Counted from the first letter of the whole stretch, positions 18,183 through 28,478 are shown. The stretch: DNA of 62,698 bases, filler included, from Candidatus Omnitrophota bacterium (GCA_043813915.1; 5 parts of 5 records of this genome joined end to end with filler, not necessarily neighbours in it); one strand, 5' to 3'. The notes: generated by a model not told the origin, from the letters alone. Made by a program: numbers and translations.

Positions 18183-18896
18183 ATGAAGATAAAAGCGCGG
18201 TTCGTGGAGAAGAAAACTGAAGTGTTGAATGTTAATACGTTTACGTTCAAACCGTTAGAACCGTTCGTGTACAAAGCGGGACAGTACGCGGTGTTCGATC
18301 TGGGTAAGGATGGTAAACCGTTCGCTAAACCGTTCTCGTTCATTGATGCGCCCGGCGGCGAAAACATACGTATAACTACCAGGATGTCGGGTTCAAATTA
18401 CAAGAACGCTCTGGACGCTCTGAAACCCGGTGATGAAGTAGGGTTGAACGGACCTCTAGGTACGTTCTGCCTGGAAAACGAAACCAAGAACAAACTGTGT
18501 TTTCTTGCCGGCGGGATAGGTATAACCCCCGTAAAAAGTATGATAGAAGGGTTAACCGGGAGCGAGACACAACCTGAGATAACGTTATTCTATTCCAACA
18601 AGACCAAAGACGGTATAACGTTCAAAACCGAGATCGATGCGCTTACCGGTAAACTTAACAAGTTCAACGTGGTGTACGCTCTTACTGAAGAAAAAGATGC
18701 GCAGCCGCCTAGCGGAACTTTCGAGACGGGTTATATCACTGCCGATATGATAAAAAAGTACCGAGCTGACTATGCTGAATGCAGGTTCTATGTATCAGGC
18801 CCGCCGAGTTTTAATACCGCTATGAAAAAGATGCTTACCGAAACCCTGAATCTTGCTGATGAAAATATCGTTATGGAAGCGTTTGCGGGATATTAG
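18183..18896 (+). CDS. FNR-like FAD/NAD(P)-binding oxidoreductase
   Basis: AGQY, GPLGTF, LAGGIGITP, FYVSGPP, C-terminal EAFAGY. Confidence 0.9.
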   Translation: MKIKARFVEKKTEVLNVNTFTFKPLEPFVYKAGQYAVFDLGKDGKPFAKPFSFIDAPGGENIRITTRMSGSNYKNALDALKPGDEVGLNGPLGTFCLENETKNKLCFLAGGIGITPVKSMIEGLTGSETQPEITLFYSNKTKDGITFKTEIDALTGKLNKFNVVYALTEEKDAQPPSGTFETGYITADMIKKYRADYAECRFYVSGPPSFNTAMKKMLTETLNLADENIVMEAFAGY

Positions 18897-19128
18897 GTGG
18901 TATATGGTATTTGGTATATAGTAGATGGTATTTGGTGAGTGTGAGGGAATAGAGCACAGAGCATAGAGCATAGGGCACAGAGTAGGGGCACGGCATGCCG
19001 TGCCCGATATTTCCTAAATTAGCAAACGGTACAACAGGGACAGGCCAGAGATCAAATCTGGGACAAGCTGGGGATTGCGATTTGCCCCGTCCCCTTAACC
19101 TTGTATTTCAAGAAGGAGATAAGCTGAT

Positions 19129-19791
19129 ATGATGCCGATAGGACCATTAATGAAAGAACACAGGTTAATAGAGCGGATGCTTAACATAGTGGATCAAAGG
19201 TTAGAACTAATGAAGAAAGAGAACAAGGCGGATATACCCTTTATAGACGTAACGGTAGATTTTATTAAGAATTATGCGGATAAAAGGCATCACGGGAAAG
19301 AAGAAGACATACTTTTCGGGAAGTTAGATAAGAAGGAACTTTCGGCAGAACACAGAACAATCATGGATGAGTTGATAAAAGAGCATGTTGTCGGAAGAAA
19401 TACCGTTAAAAGGGTAGTGGATGCCAAAGAACGCTATGCCGGAGGAGATAAAGACGCCTTAAAGGATATAGTAGAAAATGTTCAGATACTTATTGAGTTC
19501 TATCCTAAGCATATAGAGAAAGAAGACAAACATTTTTTTATACCCTGCATGGATTATTTCACGGAAAAAGAAAAGGACGACATGCTAAAAGAGGGTGAAG
19601 AGTTTGATATAAAGCTGAACCAAAAAGATCATGAAAGTGTAGTAGAGCAATTTGAAACCAACCCGAACAAAGAAAACCGCCCGCAAGAAAAGCAGGACTT
19701 CTCAAAGATGCCTAATTGCCAAAGTTCCGTGACCGCAGAACATGACAGATTAAAAGATGACGACGAACCCTGCGACGATGGGGTTCATTAG
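19129..19791 (+). CDS. Hemerythrin/HHE cation-binding domain protein
   Basis: EHRLIER, HHGKEEDILF, EHVVGR, HIEKED. Confidence 0.9.
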   Translation: MMPIGPLMKEHRLIERMLNIVDQRLELMKKENKADIPFIDVTVDFIKNYADKRHHGKEEDILFGKLDKKELSAEHRTIMDELIKEHVVGRNTVKRVVDAKERYAGGDKDALKDIVENVQILIEFYPKHIEKEDKHFFIPCMDYFTEKEKDDMLKEGEEFDIKLNQKDHESVVEQFETNPNKENRPQEKQDFSKMPNCQSSVTAEHDRLKDDDEPCDDGVH

Positions 19792-19802
19792 GGGGCAGAG
19801 AA

Positions 19803-19856
19803 ACGAAGGGCGAAGGACGTGGGACGAAGGACGTGAGACGAAGGACGAGGGACGAG
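19803..19856 (+). repeat. Heptamer tandem array (G(A/T)RRGAC-like)
   Basis: GAAGGGC GAAGGAC GTGGGAC GAAGGAC GTGAGAC GAAGGAC GAGGGAC. Confidence 0.85.
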
Positions 19857-20012
19857 AAAGAAGTGTTAAGTTTTAAGTGGTAAGTGTTATGTTTGCGAAT
19901 GAAGAGATTAGAACGTGAACCAAACTCAAGCGTGGATGCTGAAAACAGAAAACGTCCCTAAGGATTTTTTGTTGCGTAAGTGGCTATGAATGTTTTGGTT
20001 AAATAAAGCGTC

Positions 20013-21079
20013 CTTAGGTTCAAGTAGCTATTGCAACACCCTTGTTCTGCTATAATGGCAGATAAGAGGAGTTGCTTATGAATAAATACGTTAGGTTGAC
20101 GTTGCCCGAACGGGAAGAGATTAGCCGTTTACTAGCAGCAGGCTATAGCCTGCGAAAAATCTCAAATATTCTTGGTAGATCCACTAGTTCCATATCTCGT
20201 GAAATAAGGCGATCTGTAGTAGATCTTATCTTGTACCGTGCTATTTTTGCGCATCAAAGAGCGATCAAAAGACGTCATAAGTTGCGCGGTAACCATAAAC
20301 TCGATAACAATAAAGCTTTGCGCGAAATTGTTCTTTATTATTTGAAGAAGTTCTGGTCACCGGAACAGATTGCCAAAAGGCTGAAATTTTTGTATCCTGA
20401 GAATATGGACATGCGTATCTCTCACGAAACTATTTATTCGTACATCTATGTGCTTCCCAAGGGGAAGCTTAAAAGCAAACTTATATCTTGCTTGAGAAGA
20501 AACCATAAATACAGGCGCAGAAAAGGCTATAATCGGGTAGGATGCGGAACAATACAGGATTACCTCAGCATAGAAGAACGTCCGAAAGAGATTGCTGATA
20601 GGATCATTCCCGGACACTGGGAAGGCGATTTAATTGTTGGCAGACGTAATCAATCCTGTATTGGCACTCTTGTTGAACGAACAACCCGAATGACGTTCAT
20701 TGTTAAAATGAATAATCAGGATTCAATGACCGCAAGAAAAGCTTTTGCAAAAGAATTCAGCAAAATACCCAAAGGATTGAAGAAAACATTAACGTATGAT
20801 CAAGGTCAAGAAATGGCTCAACATAAACTTTTTACTAAGGAAACAGACATAACGGTGTATTTTGCACATCCGCGTTCTCCGTGGGAACGTGGTAGCAATG
20901 AAAATACAAACGCGCTTATAAGACAATATTTTCCAAAAGGAACAGATTTTAACGGTATAAAAGAAAAAACTCTTAAAGAAGTTCAGGATGAATTAAACGA
21001 TCGTCCAAGAAAAACTTTGGGGTGGCGTACGCCTCATGAAAAATTCGCGGAAGTGTTGCACTAGTAATTTGAATCTACC
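20013..21079 (+). mobile_element. Complete IS30-family element
   Basis: Imperfect 27-bp IRs CTTAGGTTCAAGTAGCTATTGCAACAC / GTGTTGCACTAGTAATTTGAATCTACC; GTC direct repeat on both flanks. Confidence 0.92.
20072..21064 (+). CDS. IS30 family DDE transposase
   Basis: WSPEQI, ISHETIY, GHWEGD, TYDQG, PWERGSNENTN, LNDRPRK. Confidence 0.97.
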   Translation: MLMNKYVRLTLPEREEISRLLAAGYSLRKISNILGRSTSSISREIRRSVVDLILYRAIFAHQRAIKRRHKLRGNHKLDNNKALREIVLYYLKKFWSPEQIAKRLKFLYPENMDMRISHETIYSYIYVLPKGKLKSKLISCLRRNHKYRRRKGYNRVGCGTIQDYLSIEERPKEIADRIIPGHWEGDLIVGRRNQSCIGTLVERTTRMTFIVKMNNQDSMTARKAFAKEFSKIPKGLKKTLTYDQGQEMAQHKLFTKETDITVYFAHPRSPWERGSNENTNALIRQYFPKGTDFNGIKEKTLKEVQDELNDRPRKTLGWRTPHEKFAEVLH

Positions 21080-21082
21080 GTC

Positions 21083-21182
21083 NNNNNNNNNNNNNNNNNN
21101 NNNNNNNNNNNNNNNNNNNNNNNNNNTTAATTAATTAANNNNNNNNNNNNNNNNNNNNNNNNNNNNNNNNNNNNNNNNNNNN
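21083..21182. other. Assembly linker/gap
   Basis: N-run with TTAATTAATTAA all-frame stop spacer. Confidence 0.99.
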
Positions 21183-22321
21183 TTGCGCAATTTTTCGATT
21201 ATCGGCTCCATATACTTAATGATATGATCGATGTCTTCATCAGTGTTATAACGGCTTAAACTGAACCGTATCGACCCTTGAATGAACGTGAACGGGATGC
21301 CCATAGCTCTAAGGACATGCGACGGAGATAAAGACCCTGAAGCGCATGCCGATCCGGATGAAGCAGCGATATGCTCGGCATCCAGCATAAGAAGTATGGC
21401 TTCGCCTTCAATGAACTCGAAACCTATATTTGTTGTATTAGGCAGTCTCTTCTCCTTACTTCCGTTCAATCTGGTATTCGGTATCTTTTTAAGGAGGGTG
21501 GTCTCTAATCTGTCGCGCAGACCTTTAACCCTTTTTGTCTCGTCATCGAAATGTTCTACCGCGAGTTCGCAGGCCCTGCCTAATCCCACTATAGAAGCTA
21601 CGTTCTCTGTCCCGCCGCGGCGGGAATGTTCCTGATGCCCCCCTATCATGAACGGCTTGAATTTTGTTCCTCTCCTTATATATAGCGCTCCTACGCCTTT
21701 AGGGGCGTGCAGTTTATGTCCGGATATTGACACCATATCCGCCGGCAGTTCTGTCATTGCGAGCGGCACTTTACCCGCGGCCTGAACGGCATCGGTATGG
21801 AAAACCACGTTCCTTTTTCGCGCTATTTCGGCTATTTCCTCTACGGGGAATATCACGCCTGTCTCGTTATTCGCGTACATCACGGAGATAATGGCCGTAT
21901 CGGTATCTATGGACGACTTGAGCTCATTAAGATCTATCATACCTTCTTCGTTAACATCAAGATATGTGACACGATAACCCGTCGTCTCCATATACTGGCA
22001 CAGATTCAGTACCGCCGCGTGTTCTACTCTTGTGGTTATGATATGTTTTTTATCGGGATACGTTCTCAGCGTCCCTATGATAGCGGCATTATCGCTTTCG
22101 GTCCCGCAGCTCGTGAACATTATTTCGGCCGGGTCTCCCGCTCCCAAAAGTGAGGCGACCTTCATCCTGGCCTCTTCTATATCTTTATGAACGCTTCCGC
22201 CGAAAGAATACATACTTGAAGGGTTCCCGTATCTTTCCGTCAGGAACGGCTTCATCGCTTCGAAGACTTCCGGGGCTATGCGGGTGGTAGCGTTATTGTC
22301 GGCGTATACGATATGTTTCAT
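21183..22321 (-). CDS. nifS: Cysteine desulfurase NifS (3' end cut by gap)
   Basis: YADNNATT, FHTDAVQ, SGHK PLP lysine, SSGSAC; follows nifU. Confidence 0.95.
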
Positions 22322-23181
22322 CCTCGGACCTCTTCGACCACAATATCTTCGTCCACGAATTCTTTAAGTTTCGCCTCGACCAAGGCCTTTAACGTTACCC
22401 CGGTGGACGGGCATCCAAGACACGCGCCGAGAAAACTTACATATACTTTATTACGGTCTATATCCACAAGTTTTATATCGCCGCCGTCGGCTTTTAGCGG
22501 CGGACGTATTTCCCGGTCTATCGTATCCTGTATCAAAGATATCCTTTTGAGGTTAGTCAGGCATTTCTTGGGTTTTTCCTCGATATTCCGGGCTTTGCAT
22601 TTAGCGTCGTTCTTCTCCCAGAATTCCGCCAGAAGTTTCTCTATTTCCGGGATACATTTGCCGCATCCTCCGCCCGCTTTAGTGTAATGGGTCACGCCTC
22701 CGACCGTTCTGATATTGTTCTCTTTGATGGCCCTGATTATTTTCTGGTCCGTTACGCTGAAACATTTACAGATCATTCTCTCTTCGCCGACCATTTTCTT
22801 CTCGGCGGGTTCTCCCCTGTAATTAGCTATGGCCTTTTCCAGAGCTTCCATACCCATAACCGAACAATGGAGCTTCTCTTCGGGAAGGCCTCCGAGCTTT
22901 TCGGCAATGACCTTATTGGTGATCTTAGAGGCCTCGCCTACCGTCATACCCTTTATTATCTCGGTAAGCATAGAGGATGAAGCTATCGCACTGGCACAGC
23001 CGAATGTCTTGAACTTCGCGTCGGTTATCTTTTCCGTTTTTTTGTCTATACGCAAAGTGAGTTTCAGAGCGTCCCCGCACACGATGCTTCCCACTTCACC
23101 TACCGCGTCGGGTTTTTCTATCTCCCCGACATTTTTAGGGTTCTTGAAATGTTCCATCACTATATCTGTATAATCCCACAT
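22318..23181 (-). CDS. nifU: Fe-S scaffold NifU (three-domain)
   Basis: MWDYT, CGD, FGCASA, KLHCS, CKCF..GGGCGKC, DGGD, GACLGCP. Confidence 0.95.
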   Translation of the reverse strand: MWDYTDIVMEHFKNPKNVGEIEKPDAVGEVGSIVCGDALKLTLRIDKKTEKITDAKFKTFGCASAIASSSMLTEIIKGMTVGEASKITNKVIAEKLGGLPEEKLHCSVMGMEALEKAIANYRGEPAEKKMVGEERMICKCFSVTDQKIIRAIKENNIRTVGGVTHYTKAGGGCGKCIPEIEKLLAEFWEKNDAKCKARNIEEKPKKCLTNLKRISLIQDTIDREIRPPLKADGGDIKLVDIDRNKVYVSFLGACLGCPSTGVTLKALVEAKLKEFVDEDIVVEEVRG

Positions 23182-23189
23182 ATCGCTCC

Positions 23190-23251
23190 TTAATTTTTAC
23201 CGAGTAAAAATTAACCCTGAAGATGCGAGGAACACGAGCATCTGAAGGGTC
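23190..23251. repeat. Two-hairpin element abutting the nifU SD
   Basis: Homologous to 38808-38869, with compensatory base changes. Confidence 0.8.
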
Positions 23252-23447
23252 TTATCCGCATATAGTATAGAGTATGTCGTATAGCGTTCCCTGCATGCCT
23301 GATCTTTTTGAATATATCGTTCTATTAAGACACTAACTTAGTATCAATTGCCATACTATATACCTTATCACAGCATTCGTCAACCAGCTCGATAGATTTT
23401 AAGGATATAGTCTAACACCGAGCCATATCCCATTCAACCTTTTAATC

Positions 23448-23573
23448 AATTCGGGACGATCAATTCGTTTAATTCGGGACGTTTCCCTATTTAATTCGGG
23501 ACGTTTCCCTATTTCCTTGCTTTTTAATCTCTCATAAATAGGGAAACGTCCCGAATTAAACGTCCCGAATTAA
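23448..23573. repeat. AATTCGGGACGTTTCCCTATTT direct and inverted repeat cluster
   Basis: Three direct units then two inverted units (AAATAGGGAAACGTCCCGAATT); another copy at ~6771. Confidence 0.85.
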
Positions 23574-23773
23574 AAGTCTGTATACTTATTGTACCATCTG
23601 CTAATTTAGCTTTGCAAGTGTTCTCCTTCGCTCTTTAATAAACTAGCACCCTGTTAGAGCTTCGCAGGAACTAACCTCTTCGAAGCTGTGCACGAAAGTT
23701 GCACAGCGAAGAAGGGTGGCACTTTTTTTGTGTTTAAAGGTGGCCCCGAGAACTTTTAACATCAATTTCTGAA

Positions 23774-24400
23774 TTAATGATCATTTCCCCCTAATTCTCC
23801 CTTAACAACATATTCCAGCACAACATCCGCTTGTTTCGCCGCGGCTATATTGACCCGGGGGGACATCGGCGGCGCGTGTTTCACATCCGATGTCATATCT
23901 CCAATAACCACAAGATTTTTGCCTATTTTCCGCACTTTTATACCGTCGGAGTCCCCTATTCCGGCTATGCCCGATACCGAAACTATAAATTTACCTGCCG
24001 GAAGAAGCGCTTCGACTATCATTGCCTTATCTTCGGCCCTGTCGAACGCTTCGACCACAATATCACAACCCTCAAATATAGTTACCGCATTATTTCTTCT
24101 CACCTTTCCGTTGTATTCCTCTATCTTAAGATCCGGATTTATCTTCTTAAGGTTATCATTCAAAGCCGCGGTCTTTGCCCGGCCTATTTGATCATAAAAA
24201 TAAAATTGCCGGTTAAGGTTGGACATATCCACTTTATCGAGATCCGCTATAATAAATCTCTTAAATCCGCTGCGGACAAGGTTCATCGCGCAATTCGAAC
24301 CCAGCCCGCCTAGCCCGGCTATACCTACTTTCACGGACCGTACTTTTTTGAAATTCGCTTCGCCTAGATATTTTAATAATTCCTTCTCGAATCTGTTCAT
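23774..24400 (-). CDS. thiF: ThiS adenylyltransferase ThiF
   Basis: GLGGLGS, SNLNRQ, VVEAFD, QADVVL; thi cluster. Confidence 0.92.
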   Translation of the reverse strand: MNRFEKELLKYLGEANFKKVRSVKVGIAGLGGLGSNCAMNLVRSGFKRFIIADLDKVDMSNLNRQFYFYDQIGRAKTAALNDNLKKINPDLKIEEYNGKVRRNNAVTIFEGCDIVVEAFDRAEDKAMIVEALLPAGKFIVSVSGIAGIGDSDGIKVRKIGKNLVVIGDMTSDVKHAPPMSPRVNIAAAKQADVVLEYVVKGELGGNDH

Positions 24401-24480
24401 AGCCGTCCTCTTCTTGCAAAGGGGACACTTCCCTACGGGAGGATGTCCCCATATCCTAGGTATGCGGGAGTTGTCCTAGA

Positions 24481-25590
24481 TCAAATTCCCAACCAGTCCT
24501 TGAGAACCGGCTGATAATTTTTAGCTCTCAACATCGCTTTTATTTCTTCTACCCCCCGCTGGTCGGATATCTCGAACTGTTCATCCCTGCATTCTTCGTA
24601 TTCTATAGTATGCCCGCCCACCGCCGTAGTAGATCCGGCTGACATACGCGTTATCCCCAAGGGCAGAAGATGCTCTCTCAGCCCGGCAGACTCACGAGTG
24701 GATAATGTTATACCGACACGGGGAAGAAAAAGGCGTAAAGCCAGGATCATCTGAACAAGGTCTTTATCGCTGACTTCACAAGTCTCTTTAAATGTCCCCA
24801 AATACGGTCTTATCCTCGGTACGGACACGTTTATTTCGGCATCACTGAACTCATCCTGCAGATAACCGGCATGTAGCGCCAGAAAGAAAACCTCTTTTCT
24901 CCAATCGGCCAGACCTAACAAAGCTCCTACTCCCGCGGTACGCATACCCGCGCTTAACGCCCTTTCCGGAGCTTCCAATCTGAACGCGTGATCTTTTTTA
25001 GGTCCCGACAAATGCACTCTATCATATATATCCTTGTTGTACACTTCCTGGTATAAGGTCACGCCGTCCACCCCGGCTTCTATGAGCTCCTTGTATTCAT
25101 TTTTCGTAAGAGCATAGGTCTCTATAGAGATCGAACTGAATTTTTCCTTAAGGACCGTTACACAATCTTTTATATAGGAAACCGGACTTTTTTCTCTGCT
25201 TTCACCCGTCAGGATAAGCACGTGGTTCAACCCTGTTCCCGAGATATATTCGCCTTCCCTTCTTACTTCTTCGAGAGTAAGTTTTTTTCTTACGGTATCG
25301 TTCCCGGCATTGAATCCGCAGTATGTGCATCTATTGACACAATAATTAGAGAGATAAAGCGGCGTATAAAGCTGTATGGTCCTTCCGAAATATCTGAGGG
25401 TCATATCGTGGGCTTTGCGTGCCATAGATTCCAAATGTTCTCCCGCGTACGGCGCAAGCAATGCGATAAGATCTTCTTTGCCGAGCGATCCTTTGGTCAA
25501 TATACGTTCAATGTCGCCCGGAACGGTCCTTTGAAAAAGACCGTCCAGGTCCATAGCGGAATATTTGTCGTGTATCGCGGAAAATCCCAT
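24481..25590 (-). CDS. thiH: 2-iminoacetate synthase ThiH (radical SAM)
   Basis: YTPLYLSNYCVNRCTYCGF, YQEVY, SAGSTT, QFEISD, KDW; alternative start 25632. Confidence 0.95.
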   Translation of the reverse strand: MGFSAIHDKYSAMDLDGLFQRTVPGDIERILTKGSLGKEDLIALLAPYAGEHLESMARKAHDMTLRYFGRTIQLYTPLYLSNYCVNRCTYCGFNAGNDTVRKKLTLEEVRREGEYISGTGLNHVLILTGESREKSPVSYIKDCVTVLKEKFSSISIETYALTKNEYKELIEAGVDGVTLYQEVYNKDIYDRVHLSGPKKDHAFRLEAPERALSAGMRTAGVGALLGLADWRKEVFFLALHAGYLQDEFSDAEINVSVPRIRPYLGTFKETCEVSDKDLVQMILALRLFLPRVGITLSTRESAGLREHLLPLGITRMSAGSTTAVGGHTIEYEECRDEQFEISDQRGVEEIKAMLRAKNYQPVLKDWLGI

Positions 25591-25629
25591 AGTTTGAGTC
25601 CTATAAACAAATGAACGGTCTAAACAGAC

Positions 25630-26280
25630 CATTGACTATTGACGATTGACTATTGCCCTACTCAGAGTCATAGAGTCATCATTCGCTTCGTTGTATAAAG
25701 GAACCCTTAATTCCGCTCATTAGAGTCAGAGAGTCAGTTATTCTGACTCTCTGACTCTAGCGAACAACGTGAGCGACCGAGAACGCAATGTCCGAGGAAG
25801 TGCCGAAGTCTCCCGGATTCGGCCGATGACTCTTTGACTCTTTCTCTAGCATCTAGCTTCCAGGGGACACTGTTAAACACAAATTTGCAAACGGCACAAA
25901 ATGGGCTACTGACATCTGACTTCTAGCTTCTACCCTTCTCAGTCCGCTTTAGCGGACTGAATGCCACAATCTTCCGAGCTCTTTATCCCTTACTATTGTG
26001 TATTTTAAATTTTAGAGATTTAAGAACTTTGCAACTGTCCCGCCCCAATGCACTAGCTTTGTCACCCAAAGGTGCGAGTGTTCGCAGCGAGTTCCGCAGT
26101 CCGAAGGACGAGGACTGTCTGAGCTGGAATACTCGTGCCTTTGGGTGACAGTTATAAAGATCCCAGGGACAGATCTTCAACCCTTTTTTCCCTGACACTT
26201 AAACAGAACTTACTTCTTTAATCACTACTTATGTCCTATCCTCTAATAGATCGGGAACCGTCTCAAATTTTCCCATATGA
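25630..26280. repeat. ~650-bp repeat mosaic between thiG and thiH
   Basis: ATTGACT heptamers; AGAGTCAG octamer palindrome 25721-25759; 91-nt hairpin 26060-26150; GGGAACCGTC unit. Confidence 0.75.
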
Positions 26281-26290
26281 TGTCCGACTC

Positions 26291-27061
26291 CTACTCCCCC
26301 AAAAATCCCGTCAGAGGGGACGATGCTTCGGCAAAACCGGAACTCTCTCTGATACCCGCCAAAAACGCCTTTCTCCCGGCTGAAACACCGTCTCTAAAAG
26401 CCGCCGCCATACTTACCGGGTCAGGTGATACAGCTATAGCCGTGTTAACAAGTACTGCCGCGCATCCTATTTCCATACATCTTGCGGCGTCCGACGGAGC
26501 GCCAAGACCGGCGTCAACTATTACCGGAACCTTTATCTCATTGACCATTATTTTCACGATCTCTTCGGTTTTCAGGCCGCGGTTACTGCCTATAGGGGAA
26601 CCAAGCGGCATTACGGCCGCCGCGCCGGCTTCGGCCATTCTTTTGGCCATGGCAAGGTCAGGAGACATGTAAGGAAGAACGATAAATCCTTCTTTTACCA
26701 GGATATCAACGGCCTTAAGCGTTTCAAGATTATCCGGCAAAAGATATTTGTTATCGTTTATTACTTCTATTTTTATCCACTTGCCGCATCCGGCCGCCTC
26801 GGTTAGCCTGGCTATCCTTACGGCCTCATCGGCATTCCTCGCGCCGGAAGTATTGGTCATAAGTATACATCCATCGGGTATATGGTCCAATATATTCTCG
26901 TCCGGAGAATCCATGTCTACACGTCTCAGAGCTACCGTCACTATATGGCTGCCCGACGCGATCAATACCTCCCTTATCAGGGCTTTTCCCGGGAACTTAC
27001 CCGTCCCCAAAAAAAGTCTGCTAAATATTTCTTCCCCGCCTATTTTTAATATATCTTTCAC
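26291..27061 (-). CDS. thiG: Thiazole synthase ThiG
   Basis: [38 protein letters not shown]; probable GTG start 27061. Confidence 0.96.
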   Translation of the reverse strand: MKDILKIGGEEIFSRLFLGTGKFPGKALIREVLIASGSHIVTVALRRVDMDSPDENILDHIPDGCILMTNTSGARNADEAVRIARLTEAAGCGKWIKIEVINDNKYLLPDNLETLKAVDILVKEGFIVLPYMSPDLAMAKRMAEAGAAAVMPLGSPIGSNRGLKTEEIVKIMVNEIKVPVIVDAGLGAPSDAARCMEIGCAAVLVNTAIAVSPDPVSMAAAFRDGVSAGRKAFLAGIRESSGFAEASSPLTGFLGE

Positions 27062-27062
27062 C

Positions 27063-27263
27063 TCATCCTCCTCCGACAAAACTCACTATCTCGAGCCGGT
27101 CCCCTTCACTTAACGCTACCCGGTCCCATTGTTCCCTGGGAACGACCTTAAGGTTGTACTCGATAACGATATTGTTCGCTTTAAGTTTTTTTGATCCGAT
27201 CAAGTCTGTGAGATTTTTTATATCTTCTATAACTTCTTCTTTGCCGTTTATTTTTATTTTCAT
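27063..27263 (-). CDS. thiS: Sulfur carrier ThiS
   Basis: MKIKING...[14 protein letters not shown]-terminal GG. Confidence 0.95.
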   Translation of the reverse strand: MKIKINGKEEVIEDIKNLTDLIGSKKLKANNIVIEYNLKVVPREQWDRVALSEGDRLEIVSFVGGG

Positions 27264-27498
27264 ATCGTTGCTGAGTTTGGTCCGCGATAGTTTATAATTC
27301 TTGTTTAGTAACATCAAACGTTTTTGTCTCTATTGTTCGTAAAATTATATTGTTATGCCGTTTCATAATAGGGTGCTGTTTAATTAATTATCATTCTACT
27401 TAAAACGTTTGCAGCAAAGTAACGTTTTCGCGCGTTAGTACCTTCTTTTTTGCTTCATGTTTAGAAATATCGATTTTTTCACACTAGGACCTTATCCT

Positions 27499-28140
27499 CT
27501 AGCTTCTACTGTTCCCATTAAGCTTTGCCTTGAACGCTTTCACCGTTTCCTCAACATCGTCCGCATGCATTATGGATCTTATTACGGCTATATTCTTTCC
27601 GCCCCTTCGGGTAACGGCCCCGACGTTCTCGAGATCTATCCCGCCTATAAAGACCACGGGCTTTTTTGATGACGCGGCGATCTTCTCTATATCACACGTC
27701 CCGATGCTATAATCTTTTGTCTTTGTCCCGAATATCGGACCGAATGCTATATAATCGCAGTCCGAAGCTTCGGCTTCCGTGAACTGTCTGAGAGAATGCG
27801 TAGATATACCGATGATCTTATTCTTTTCCAGTATTGACCTTACTTTATGCAAAGGCCATTTTTTAAGGTCTTCTTGCCCGAGATGCACGCCGTCCGCATT
27901 GACCTCTTTCGCTATTTCAGGGTCATCGTTAACGATAAAAGTGACCCCTCCGCGTACGCATATAAGTGACAGTATATTACCCAGTTCTATAAGCCCTTCG
28001 CGGGGAAGACCTTTTTCCCGCATCTGGAGCACATCTATCCCTGCCGAAACAGCGGTCTCCGCTACTTTCAGGAAGTCTTCATCCCCTTCATATTCCTTGC
28101 TAAGCACCAAATACAGACTTTTATCTTTTATTCGCGTCAT
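27499..28140 (-). CDS. thiE: Thiamine-phosphate synthase ThiE
   Basis: QMREK, IVNDD, GVHLGQED, GISTH, GPIFGTKTK, IGGI. Confidence 0.96.
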   Translation of the reverse strand: MTRIKDKSLYLVLSKEYEGDEDFLKVAETAVSAGIDVLQMREKGLPREGLIELGNILSLICVRGGVTFIVNDDPEIAKEVNADGVHLGQEDLKKWPLHKVRSILEKNKIIGISTHSLRQFTEAEASDCDYIAFGPIFGTKTKDYSIGTCDIEKIAASSKKPVVFIGGIDLENVGAVTRRGGKNIAVIRSIMHADDVEETVKAFKAKLNGNSRS

Positions 28141-28258
28141 TGCACGTCCCCGTTCGATCTAAGTTTGACCCAGCTCTTTTTTATTCGATATTTCCGCGAC
28201 GGCTGGATTATTTCGACCCTGCAACTTACGTCACTTAATTCCGTAAGTTGTGATCTCA

Positions 28259-28290
28259 ATAAAAAGACCCTTCCTGCTCTGGAAGGGTCT
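28259..28290 (-). terminator. Riboswitch expression-platform terminator
   Basis: AGACCCTTCC/GGAAGGGTCT stem with U-tract on the minus strand. Confidence 0.85.
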
Positions 28291-28298
28291 AGATAAAA

Positions 28299-28478
28299 AC
28301 TCCCTTCGCTGGCATTATCCAGACCAATAGGACGGTTTTTACTGTCCCATCAGTTCCGCCTAAACGGTCCGCCGAAGCCAAATAGTATCTATTTGGTTCG
28401 GCAAAGGCAGATCAGGTAAAACGGATAATCCGCTTATTACGCGGAACTCTCAGAAGGCTTCAGCCCCCTCTCCGGATA
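28299..28478 (-). ncRNA. TPP riboswitch (interrupted by an 88-nt insert)
   Basis: Minus strand has GGGG..CUGAGA, ACCUGAUCUG and UCUGGAUAAUGCCAGCGAAGGGA; upstream of thiE; promoter TTGACA-17-TCTAAT at 28521-28493. Confidence 0.85.

Noticed and set aside
21127..21138. TTAATTAATTAA repeated in all four gaps
   Set aside because: Artificial contig linker; ORF-track extensions into Ns are artefacts
21183..23181. nifU/nifS as evidence of nitrogen fixation
   Set aside because: No nifHDK in the window; the NIF-type Fe-S system is a general housekeeping system in many anaerobes
27264..27498. AT-rich spacer between thiE and thiS as a pseudogene or thiS extension
   Set aside because: No recognisable protein similarity; several stop codons
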